DNA of 32,000 nucleotides from contig NC_006138.1 in the NCBI RefSeq assembly GCF_000025945.1, forward strand, positions 960,001-992,000, in the 5' to 3' direction. The DNA is from Desulfotalea psychrophila LSv54 (lineage in GTDB: Bacteria; Desulfobacterota; Desulfobulbia; Desulfobulbales; Desulfocapsaceae). A model generated the notes under the pieces. The model saw only the letters and a program-made list of their open reading frames with translations. It ran no database searches and was not told the DNA's origin. Each line of letters begins with the position of its first letter. Within the stretch, counting starts at the first letter, position 1. Positions 24,948 to 32,000 of this stretch are shown here, one piece after another. The position numbers and the translations under genes were made by a program.

Positions 24948-25050
24948 CTGTTGATTATTGGAAAAACTGGGTTAATAGGTTGTGTTTACCGAAAATGATC
25001 CCACTATACACCCTCGCCCCTGTACTGCCTATTGGAATTTATTATGCCTC

Positions 25051-25750
25051 TTGCCAGCTATCAGTAGCAGTGAAGCATAGTGAAGTGGCGAAAAGCAAAA
25101 AGCAAAAAAAAGTTAACCACAGAGGAAGAAGAGTACACAGAGGAAAATATTTTAGGTGAACTGCTTAAAAAAACAAAAACTTAATTTAGTTAAAAAACTC
25201 CTTGCCCTTGTATTTTTAAAGAGCTGGTAATGTGCAATTGTATTGTCTAATCAATGGAATAGATCTTCCTCTTGGCGAGGGTAGGTGTGCTGCCCTCTGT
25301 GCAGAAAAAGACATTAACCACAGAGCTCACAGAGTTCACAGAGGACAGGGGAAGAAGGTCGTTTTAGGTGAACTGCCTAAAAGATCAGGACTTAATTTAG
25401 TGTTGGGCCCCTGATGATTTCCTAGACATCCGGTTTAAGATGTAAGCCATCCTTCTGTTGCACATCTTTTTTTCCTATAGTTCTTTAATTTATGCCCTCT
25501 GTGTCCTCCCCTCCTCTGTGGTTAACCGTAGTTGCAGTTGTCCTTGCCCTTGCTCTTTCTTACAGCTTATAGCTGACAGCTAACAACTCGCCATTCCACT
25601 CCGCTTCACTGTTGTAATTGCAGTGGTTTTGGCATTTTCTAGTATCTAGAATCTCGTATCCGCCATTCCGCTTGTCACTCGTTTGACGCCACTCGTTGTC
25701 ACTCACTGCTACTCGCTGCTGCTTCACTGCTGTTTTTGTCTTTCTTTTTG
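25051..25750. repeat. Mosaic intergenic repeat spacer 6 (contains a TIR-bounded ~413-bp unit)
   Basis: The left half carries reverse-orientation modules (CAGCTATCAGTAGCAGTGAAGCATAGTGAAGTGGCGA). TTAACCACAGAGG... copies occur at 25113 and 25314. The inverted arm CCCTCTGTGTCCTCCCCTCCTCTGTGGTTAA lies at 25495-25525. These are followed by GCTGACAGCTAACAACTCGCCATTCCACTCCGCTTCACTG, TAGTATC TAGAATC TCGTATC (25640-25660) and CCGCCATTCCGCTTGTCACTCG...CTTCACTGCTG. Confidence 0.85.
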
Positions 25751-25845
25751 TTGTATGATCGTGGTCGATGAAAGATGAGGCTTTTTGGTTATCTGCAGGC
25801 ATTAAGCGGATATTTAACGGTGATAAATAGGAAGGAGAGGTTGTT

Positions 25846-26241
25846 ATGAGTATGCAGGAAGATTTTAGGGCAGGTTTGAAGGTGGCAATGAAGGCACGGC
25901 AGAAGGACAAGGTGGGCGCGATTCGTATCCTCATCGGTGAATTCCAACGCCAGCCGGAGAAGGAGCTCAGCGATGATCAGGTCATTGCCATTATAAAAAA
26001 ACTTATCAAGTCAGAGCGGGAGTTGCTTGCCGCCGCCGGTGAAGAGAGCTCCGGATTTCTCGTTGAGATGGAGGCCTTCCTGCCCCGTCAGGCCACCGAG
26101 GAAGAGGTGCGTGAGTGGGTCGGGGCAAACATAGATTTCGCAGCCTTTGCTAATAAGATGCAGGCTATGAAGCCGATCATGAATCACTTTGGTAGCAGTG
26201 TTGATGGTAATATGGTTAAGAAGGTGCTTCTGTCACTTTAG
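25846..26241 (+). CDS. yqeY: GatB/YqeY domain-containing protein
   Basis: 131 aa with GGAAGGAGAGG upstream. MSMQEDFRAGLKVAMKARQKDKVGAIRILIGEF...IIKKLIKSERE follows the YqeY family pattern (...L...A.K..D......R.L........). Confidence 0.8.
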   Translation: MSMQEDFRAGLKVAMKARQKDKVGAIRILIGEFQRQPEKELSDDQVIAIIKKLIKSERELLAAAGEESSGFLVEMEAFLPRQATEEEVREWVGANIDFAAFANKMQAMKPIMNHFGSSVDGNMVKKVLLSL

Positions 26242-26419
26242 GGTGTCTCGCAGTCGGGGCTGAGCTGAGCTTTATCGAAAAGGACAATTTTTACAAACCA
26301 TTCTGTAGAAATTTTTTGACCTGAAGCTGGCTAAGAATTCTCGGGTCTGAGCGCCCTTTCTTTTGGTGGTCTTCCCTTCAGTAAAAAAAAATTAACCATC
26401 ATTTTTGCAAAGTTGTTTT

Positions 26420-27673
26420 ATGTCTGCTTATTTACAATTCATCCGTCATAATATGGCGGGTCTGGGCTTTGGTTTTCTGGCAGTCTTTTTTGGAAACTTC
26501 GGTCAGTCTTTTTTTCTTGCCTGGTTTGGTAGTGATATTCAGCAGACCCTTGGCCTCTCGGCGGGCGATTATGGTTTAGCCTACTCGCTGGCTACCCTCG
26601 GCAGTGCCCTGAGTCTCCTCTGGCTCGGTGGACTGATCGACCGGGTCAGTGTGGCAAAGTATGTTGCTGGCATTACCATCGGTCTTGCTGCGTCTGCCAT
26701 TTTTATGAGTCAGGTGAGTGGGGTTGTTGGCCTGGTCTGTGGCTTTTATGGTCTACGGCTCTGTGGCCAAGGGCTTTTGCCCCATACCGGTCAGACCATT
26801 ATGGTGAAGCATTTTAGTAAGAGTCGGGGTAAGGCCCTGGGTATTGCCATCAGCGGTGTGCCCGTGGGTGAGGTGATCTTGCCTGTTTTTGTGGTTTGGC
26901 TCATATCCCAATACGGTTGGCAGGATTCATGGCTCTTTATCGGCTGTGCAATCCCCCTTCTCTTTCTTCCCGCCGCTCTCACCCTCCTCTCCCGGATGAA
27001 GGCTGTACCGGATGAGAAAAGTAGTGAGGCATCTGCTACGACGCGAGTCCTGGCGGATGAGGAGGAGGTGGTCTCCGTGGGTCGCAGGGAGATGCTTGCC
27101 GATGGTCGATTTTGGTGTCTGCTCCCGGCAATTCTGGCCCCGCCCTATGTTATCACTGGGATTTTTATTCATCAGGGGGCCCTGCTTGAGGCTAAATCCT
27201 GGAGTGCCAGTTGGTTTGCCACCTGTTTTATCTTCTACGGCATTACCCATTGGCTTGGTTCTCTTCTGGCTGGTGGTCTGGTTGATAGATTCAGCGCTAA
27301 ACGTCTGATCTGTTTCTATCTCCTGCCAATGTTGGTGGGATTCACCCTGCTCATGCTCTTTAGTGGCCGTTACATTGCCCCTCTCTTTATGATCTGTCTC
27401 GGTGTCTCCATGGGCGCCAGCGGGCCGATTATCGGTTCCCTCTGGGCGGAACTCTATGGCACCATCTATATGGGTTCGATTCGCTCACTTATTACTGCCA
27501 TTGTCGTCTTTTCCAGTTCTCTTTCTCCTGTCATGTTTGGCTTTTGGCTTGATGGTGGTGGCAGTATGCAGGGTATTATTCGCCTGATCTGTCTGGGCTT
27601 TGTCCTTGCCATCCTCCTTGCCAGTTATGGCTCCTTCCTATCGCTAAAAAAGTCAGGGAACCGCGAAAAGTAG
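26420..27673 (+). CDS. MFS transporter
   Basis: Start set at the ATG at 26420; the track start at 26405 is a TTG. The product is about 417 aa with roughly 12 hydrophobic helices in a 6+6 arrangement separated by a charged central loop (KAVPDEKSSEASATTRVLADEEE). The G..DR motif (GGLIDRV) follows TM2. Confidence 0.78.
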   Translation: MSAYLQFIRHNMAGLGFGFLAVFFGNFGQSFFLAWFGSDIQQTLGLSAGDYGLAYSLATLGSALSLLWLGGLIDRVSVAKYVAGITIGLAASAIFMSQVSGVVGLVCGFYGLRLCGQGLLPHTGQTIMVKHFSKSRGKALGIAISGVPVGEVILPVFVVWLISQYGWQDSWLFIGCAIPLLFLPAALTLLSRMKAVPDEKSSEASATTRVLADEEEVVSVGRREMLADGRFWCLLPAILAPPYVITGIFIHQGALLEAKSWSASWFATCFIFYGITHWLGSLLAGGLVDRFSAKRLICFYLLPMLVGFTLLMLFSGRYIAPLFMICLGVSMGASGPIIGSLWAELYGTIYMGSIRSLITAIVVFSSSLSPVMFGFWLDGGGSMQGIIRLICLGFVLAILLASYGSFLSLKKSGNREK

Positions 27674-27696
27674 TCTTTTTTGCAAATCTTTGCCTT

Positions 27697-27770
27697 GCAT
27701 GAAAAATTTTATCCTCGAAGCTAAGCGTAGACTCCGATATTATTCCGGTCTGTGGTAAAATTTTTCATGC
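27697..27770. promoter_or_regulatory. Perfect 15-bp inverted repeat pair (stem-loop or operator) between the MFS and nitroreductase genes
   Basis: GCATGAAAAATTTTA (27697-27711) and its exact reverse complement TAAAATTTTTCATGC (27756-27770) are separated by 44 nt. Confidence 0.5.
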
Positions 27771-27838
27771 GCCCCTTATTGAAAGATCTGAATTTTTCAA
27801 GATCCTTATCAGTTTAACCCAGTAACGTTGAGGTTCCT

Positions 27839-28369
27839 ATGCAAGAGCTACTCCGAAAACGAAGAAGCACCCGTCTCTTTCAAGATCGTCCCGTCGAGGC
27901 GGAGAAGATCGATCTCCTCATAGAGGCGGCCCTGCGCTCGCCCTCTTCCATGGGCCGGATGCCGTGGCACTTTATTGTGGTAACCGAAGCTGAGACCTTG
28001 ACGGCGCTGGCCGGGGTGAAGTCGCATGGGGCCCGTTTTCTTGGCGGAGCTCCCCTGGCCATTGCCGTGGTTGCCGATCCCGATCTCTGTGATGTTTGGA
28101 TAGAGGACTGCTCCATTGCCAGCCTTATTCTTCACCTTACTGCCACCGAGTTGGGCTTGGGCAGCTGTTGGGCCCAGATCCGTTCCCGCATGGATGAGCA
28201 GTCGGTGGATGCCGAGGAAAATGTTGCCAGGATTCTCGCCCTTCCAGATGGTTTCAGAACCCTTGCCATCATAGGCATAGGCTATGGCGCAGAGGAGAAG
28301 GAGGGACATCCTCAGGATTCGCTCAACTACGACAGGGTACACTCTCAGAGATATGGGGCAGGCCAGTAA
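27839..28369 (+). CDS. Nitroreductase family protein
   Basis: 176 aa: LLRKRRSTRLFQDRPV (the RRS.R.F signature), SSMGRMPWHFIVV, and a CSIASLILHLTATELGLGSCW dimer-interface segment. Confidence 0.83.
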   Translation: MQELLRKRRSTRLFQDRPVEAEKIDLLIEAALRSPSSMGRMPWHFIVVTEAETLTALAGVKSHGARFLGGAPLAIAVVADPDLCDVWIEDCSIASLILHLTATELGLGSCWAQIRSRMDEQSVDAEENVARILALPDGFRTLAIIGIGYGAEEKEGHPQDSLNYDRVHSQRYGAGQ

Positions 28370-30681
28370 TGGTGGAGTTGACCGCAGAGCAGAGGCGGAT
28401 CATAGAGCATAAGGGCGGTCATGCCCGGGTTCGGGCCGTTGCCGGTTCGGGTAAGACCACTACCATGGTGGAACGGGTAGCAGTCCTGCTTGCCCGTGGG
28501 GTAGATCCCTCCCATATCATGATCCTGATGTTTAACCGATCGGCGCGTGATGCCTTTGCCGCCTCCCTGAAAAAACGTCTCCGGAAAACGGGGTATCGGG
28601 GCCCGGAGGTGCGAACCTTCCATGCCCTGGGGCTGCGTTTGGTGGAGAGCTTTGTACGTCGGGGCGCCCTGCCGGCCCATCGCCTTGTCACCGAGGAGGG
28701 GCTGCGGGAAAATCTGGCCCGCCGGGTTGGGCAGAGTCTGGTTGGTCAAGGGGAGGCTTGGAGTCTGCGGGACGATCTGGAGGATTTTCTTACCTTTATA
28801 GATCTGGTCAAGGCCAAGCTGGCCTCGCCTGCCCAAGTTGCCCGGGAGATAGGGCTACCGGAAAAATTTGCCAGCTTTATAGAGGGTTATAGTCTCTTTG
28901 AGGATCTTCGTCTCAAGGAGAAGATTCGTTTCTACAGTGAGCTTATCAATGAACCTGTTCTGGCCATGGAGGAGGATGCAGAGCTACGGGCCTGGGTTGA
29001 GAATCGGGTGGAGCATATTATTGTCGATGAGTATCAGGATATCAGCAATTGCCAGCAAGGCCTTCTAAAAATGGTTGCCGGTAGCCGGGCTCAGGTAATG
29101 GTGGTGGGTGATGCCGATCAGTGTATCTATGAGTGGCGCGGGGCTAAGCCGGAGTATATCAGTACCCTCTTTGCCGAGGACTTTCCTGCGCCCCGAGACT
29201 ATACCCTCTCCTTCTCTTTTCGTTATGGTCATCAGCTGTCGCTTGCGGCAAATCATCTGATTGCCCATAATATTGATAAGAGCCGAACTCTCTGTCGTTC
29301 CCATCCACTGAACGTTAACACTCAGATCTTTACTGCTGAGCTGGTGGCGGGCGAGAGGCATCCGCTGGTGGGGATTGTTCGTGACTGGCAGGACTCAGGC
29401 CGATCCCGCGCAGAGATAGCCGTTCTGGTCCGGCTCTACGGCATGTCCGTTCCCGTTGAACTTGCCCTGTTGGAGGCGGGTATCCCCTATCAACTGCAGG
29501 GTGGACGTACTGTTTTTCGCTGCCCGGAAATTCTGGCCCTGATCGGTTATCTCCGCTTCTGTGATGGTAGTATAGTTGAAATTTCTGGTCAAGAGCGTAA
29601 GGCCCTTGTTCAGGAGATGTTGGTTCAGCCTCATTTGGGTCTGAAAAAGGGGCAGATGGAGCATCTGCTTGTCTCTATAACGGCCTCTCCTCTGGCCGCT
29701 CCTGCCCTTATTCTCGGCCTTGTTAACGAAGCCATGCCAGCTTATCAGCGCAAGAGACTGGCGCGTCTGTCCGACTGTTGGCAGTGGCTTGTGGCGGAGC
29801 CCGGGGAGGCACGGGCCGATAAGGTTCTGAAGAGGTTAGTGGCAAGGCTTGATCTCTACGCATTCTACCGTGATTTCGCCAGTCGTCAGGTCAGTGGAGA
29901 GAACCGGATCCAGATCTGCCGTTCTCTCATTGCCTTTGCCGAAGAACGGGCAAGGGGGGTAGCTGACTTTCTTCTTGAATTTGATCGGCTTAAAAAGAGT
30001 GATGGTGCCGGGGCAGATCCCCTCTTGATCACCTCAATTCATCGGGCCAAGGGCTGCGAGTGGCCCCTGGTGATTCTGCCGGGCCTTGAGGAGGGTAGCT
30101 TTCCCTTTCGCCGTCAGCAAAAGGAGTCGCCATCGTTTACGGAGGTGGATGATGAGCGCAGGCTCTTCTATGTGGGGATGACCCGGGCCATTGAGAGGCT
30201 CTATCTTCTGCACCCGAGGGATTTTTTTCTGCAGGAGGCCATGGTCGCTGGTCGTGCCGGTCATTCCCTGGCCGATGATCCTCTTGCAAGTTGCTTTTTA
30301 TACGAGGCAAATTTAGGCATCAGTCGTCGGGTGGGGGAGGCCATCGCTCGTAATGAAGATGTGGGCCATATAGAGGCGGTGGATGCTGATATGGCAAATG
30401 CCTATCTGCAGTTACAGGCGGGGGATCATGGTCAGGTAGTTACCCGACAGCAGGTCAAAAAATTGCCTGTGGCGGCGGTTGCACAACCTGTCACTGGTGG
30501 CCATAGGCGCCTTAGTTCAGCTGAGGTCAGAGAGGGTATGGAGGTGGTTCACGATCGCTTTGGTCGTGGCCAAATATCTGCCGTGATCGACAGGGGACAG
30601 GGAAAGGTACGGGTCGCCTTTGAGGAGGAGGGGGAGATGATCCTGCTTCTCTCCTATGCTAAGCTCTATCTGCGCAGGTAG
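28369..30681 (+). CDS. UvrD/Rep/PcrA-family ATP-dependent DNA helicase
   Basis: 770 aa. Motifs: I AVAGSGKTTTMV, Ia, II HIIVDEYQDIS, III VVGDADQCIYEWRGA, V/VI TSIHRAKGCEWPLVILPG and LFYVGMTRAIERL. The C-terminal Tudor-like tail reads VVHDRFGRGQISAV...VRVAFEEEGEMILLLSYAKL. The start ATG overlaps the upstream stop (TAATG). Confidence 0.9.
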   Translation: MVELTAEQRRIIEHKGGHARVRAVAGSGKTTTMVERVAVLLARGVDPSHIMILMFNRSARDAFAASLKKRLRKTGYRGPEVRTFHALGLRLVESFVRRGALPAHRLVTEEGLRENLARRVGQSLVGQGEAWSLRDDLEDFLTFIDLVKAKLASPAQVAREIGLPEKFASFIEGYSLFEDLRLKEKIRFYSELINEPVLAMEEDAELRAWVENRVEHIIVDEYQDISNCQQGLLKMVAGSRAQVMVVGDADQCIYEWRGAKPEYISTLFAEDFPAPRDYTLSFSFRYGHQLSLAANHLIAHNIDKSRTLCRSHPLNVNTQIFTAELVAGERHPLVGIVRDWQDSGRSRAEIAVLVRLYGMSVPVELALLEAGIPYQLQGGRTVFRCPEILALIGYLRFCDGSIVEISGQERKALVQEMLVQPHLGLKKGQMEHLLVSITASPLAAPALILGLVNEAMPAYQRKRLARLSDCWQWLVAEPGEARADKVLKRLVARLDLYAFYRDFASRQVSGENRIQICRSLIAFAEERARGVADFLLEFDRLKKSDGAGADPLLITSIHRAKGCEWPLVILPGLEEGSFPFRRQQKESPSFTEVDDERRLFYVGMTRAIERLYLLHPRDFFLQEAMVAGRAGHSLADDPLASCFLYEANLGISRRVGEAIARNEDVGHIEAVDADMANAYLQLQAGDHGQVVTRQQVKKLPVAAVAQPVTGGHRRLSSAEVREGMEVVHDRFGRGQISAVIDRGQGKVRVAFEEEGEMILLLSYAKLYLRR

Positions 30682-30879
30682 TTGGGAGCTTTGTCTACGA
30701 CCTTGGCGCGGCAGAGGAGTTTACTTGTCCTGACCTAATGATTTAACTGTAAAAAAATTTAAGTAAGTCCTGTTCTTATGATAAAATAAATTAATTATTT
30801 ATGACTTAGGGCATGGTAGTGTTTTTTTGTAAAAAAATCATTTTTTGGTGTGAACAAATTCGGATCCATAGGGGCATGT

Positions 30880-32000
30880 ATGAAGAGATATTTTTTTTCT
30901 GTAATTTCTGTGTGCTTCTTGGTGGTATGGGCGATCCCTGCTCTTGCCTCGGATCTTCAGCTAACGCCCGCGGAGCAGTCATGGCTCAGGGCGCATCCGG
31001 ATATTCGATTGGGTGTTGATCCGGATTATGCCCCCTTTGAGAGCATTGAAGGGGGAGTTTATGTTGGTCTTGCTGCAGATTATGTCAGCCTCGTCTCTAA
31101 AAAGCTTGGTCTTTCCCTGGTGCCTGTGCCTGACCTTACCTGGAAAGAGGTTATGGCTCTGGCCGAGCAGGGTGAGCTTGATCTCTTTCCAGCCGTGGTG
31201 CAGACGCCTGAACGTAATGAGCTCTGGCTTTTTGCCAAACCACATATGGCCTATTCAACGGTGATTTTTACCCGTGATGACTACTGGAATGTTTTTGGTT
31301 TGGCTGATTTTGCAGGGAAAAAGGTTGCTGTCGTCCGAGGCTATGCAATTCTTGATTTTATTCGAAGTGCTCATCCTCATCTTGATATTGTTCTGGTCGA
31401 TTCCGTTGATATGGGTTTGCGGCAGTTGGAAGCTGGAAGGGTTAGTGCATTTGTTAATGATATTGCTACAGGTGTCTCTGCCATTCAAAAAATGAATTTG
31501 AAAAATTTAAAAATTGCCGCCTATACCGATTTAAAGGATAAGGGGTTGGGCTTTGCCGTGCGTAAGGATTGGCCTGAATTGGTGGCGATGATAGATAAGG
31601 TCCTTGCCAGTATCACTCCCGAAGAGCATGCTGCCATCCATAATAGATGGATCAAGGTAGAGAGCTTTTCGCCATGGCAACACTGGGCCAGGTGGTTGTT
31701 TATTGGCCTGGCAATGGTGGCTGTTTCTCTTCTCGCATTCACTGGCTGGATCTATCTGCTTCGTAAACAGGTGGCGAGCCGTACGACCAAGTTACAGGCA
31801 AGTGAGGCTTGGACTGTGGCTATTCTTGATACGGCCTCAAATCCGATCATTACAATAGATGAGGATGAAACAGTTCTCTCTTTTAACCTTGGTGCAGAGC
31901 GGAGTTTTGCCTACAGTGCTGAGGAGATCATTGGCCAGAAGGTGAAAATTTTGCTCCCTGATCTCTATGAAAAATATGAGGACGAGTTTGCAACCAGTTT
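30880..32000 (+). CDS. Sensor protein, N-terminal part: signal peptide, periplasmic solute-binding (SBP_bac_3-like) domain, TM, PAS (continues past the right edge)
   Basis: Absent from the track because it has no in-window stop. The ATG at 30880 gives MKRYFFSVISVCFLVVWAIPALASDLQLTPAEQSWLRAHPDIRLGVDPDYAPFESIEGGVYVGLAADYVSLVSKKLG...GFAVRKDWPELVAMIDKVL. This is followed by a TM segment (WLFIGLAMVAVSLLAFTGWIYLL) and a PAS-like start (AILDTASNPIITIDEDETVLSFNLGAERSFAYSAEEIIGQKV). I read the frame codon by codon to position 32000 and found no stop. Confidence 0.8.
   Translation, partial: MKRYFFSVISVCFLVVWAIPALASDLQLTPAEQSWLRAHPDIRLGVDPDYAPFESIEGGVYVGLAADYVSLVSKKLGLSLVPVPDLTWKEVMALAEQGELDLFPAVVQTPERNELWLFAKPHMAYSTVIFTRDDYWNVFGLADFAGKKVAVVRGYAILDFIRSAHPHLDIVLVDSVDMGLRQLEAGRVSAFVNDIATGVSAIQKMNLKNLKIAAYTDLKDKGLGFAVRKDWPELVAMIDKVLASITPEEHAAIHNRWIKVESFSPWQHWARWLFIGLAMVAVSLLAFTGWIYLLRKQVASRTTKLQASEAWTVAILDTASNPIITIDEDETVLSFNLGAERSFAYSAEEIIGQKVKILLPDLYEKYEDEFATS

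Noticed and set aside
28366-28371. The TAATG stop/start overlap coupling the nitroreductase to the UvrD-like helicase looked like a possible functional module.
   Set aside because: One-nucleotide overlaps are common translational coupling. There is no known functional link, and both proteins look like ordinary family members.
30813-31019. Track ORF of 68 aa at the start of the last gene.
   Set aside because: It is out of frame. The ATG at 30880 opens a frame with a clean signal peptide and SBP/PAS homology that runs uninterrupted to the window end.

Overview
This 32-kb chromosomal segment looks like a Gram-negative anaerobe, possibly Desulfobacterota-like; that assignment rests on gene content only and no search was possible. 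Hand GC counts on single 60-nt lines give about 50-62% in core genes.

Left third: partial SAM-methyltransferase, the conserved rpmH-rnpA-yidD-yidC-jag-mnmE cluster, elbB, moeA-like, an M55 peptidase and a DUF4405-like membrane protein. An intact 768-bp enterobacterial-type IS1 with a perfect 9-bp target duplication sits in the elbB/moeA divergent intergenic region. It may be a cloning-host artefact.

Middle (about 10.7-18.8 kb): an accessory-looking stretch with two visibly AT-rich cargo blocks.
- One block is an sCache-GGDEF diguanylate cyclase.
- The other is a single 1076-aa ORF fusing a calcineurin-like metallophosphoesterase, an NB-ARC/STAND P-loop NTPase and C-terminal TPR-like repeats. 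This is my best candidate for an undescribed NLR/Avs-like immune system.
- The blocks are separated by long spacers filled with a mosaic, heptamer-rich, partly palindromic repeat family. The family recurs in six intergenic spacers of the window.
- The stretch also holds a 42-bp tandem array and a truncated gene remnant.

Right third: xsc (sulfoacetaldehyde acetyltransferase), a membrane 4Fe-4S protein, a SIMPL protein, a pabA-pabB-pabC operon, yqeY, an MFS transporter, a nitroreductase, a UvrD-like helicase and a partial SBP-PAS sensor.

The two edge genes have no in-window stop and are absent from the ORF track. The track also uses alternative start codons, so several starts were re-set by eye.
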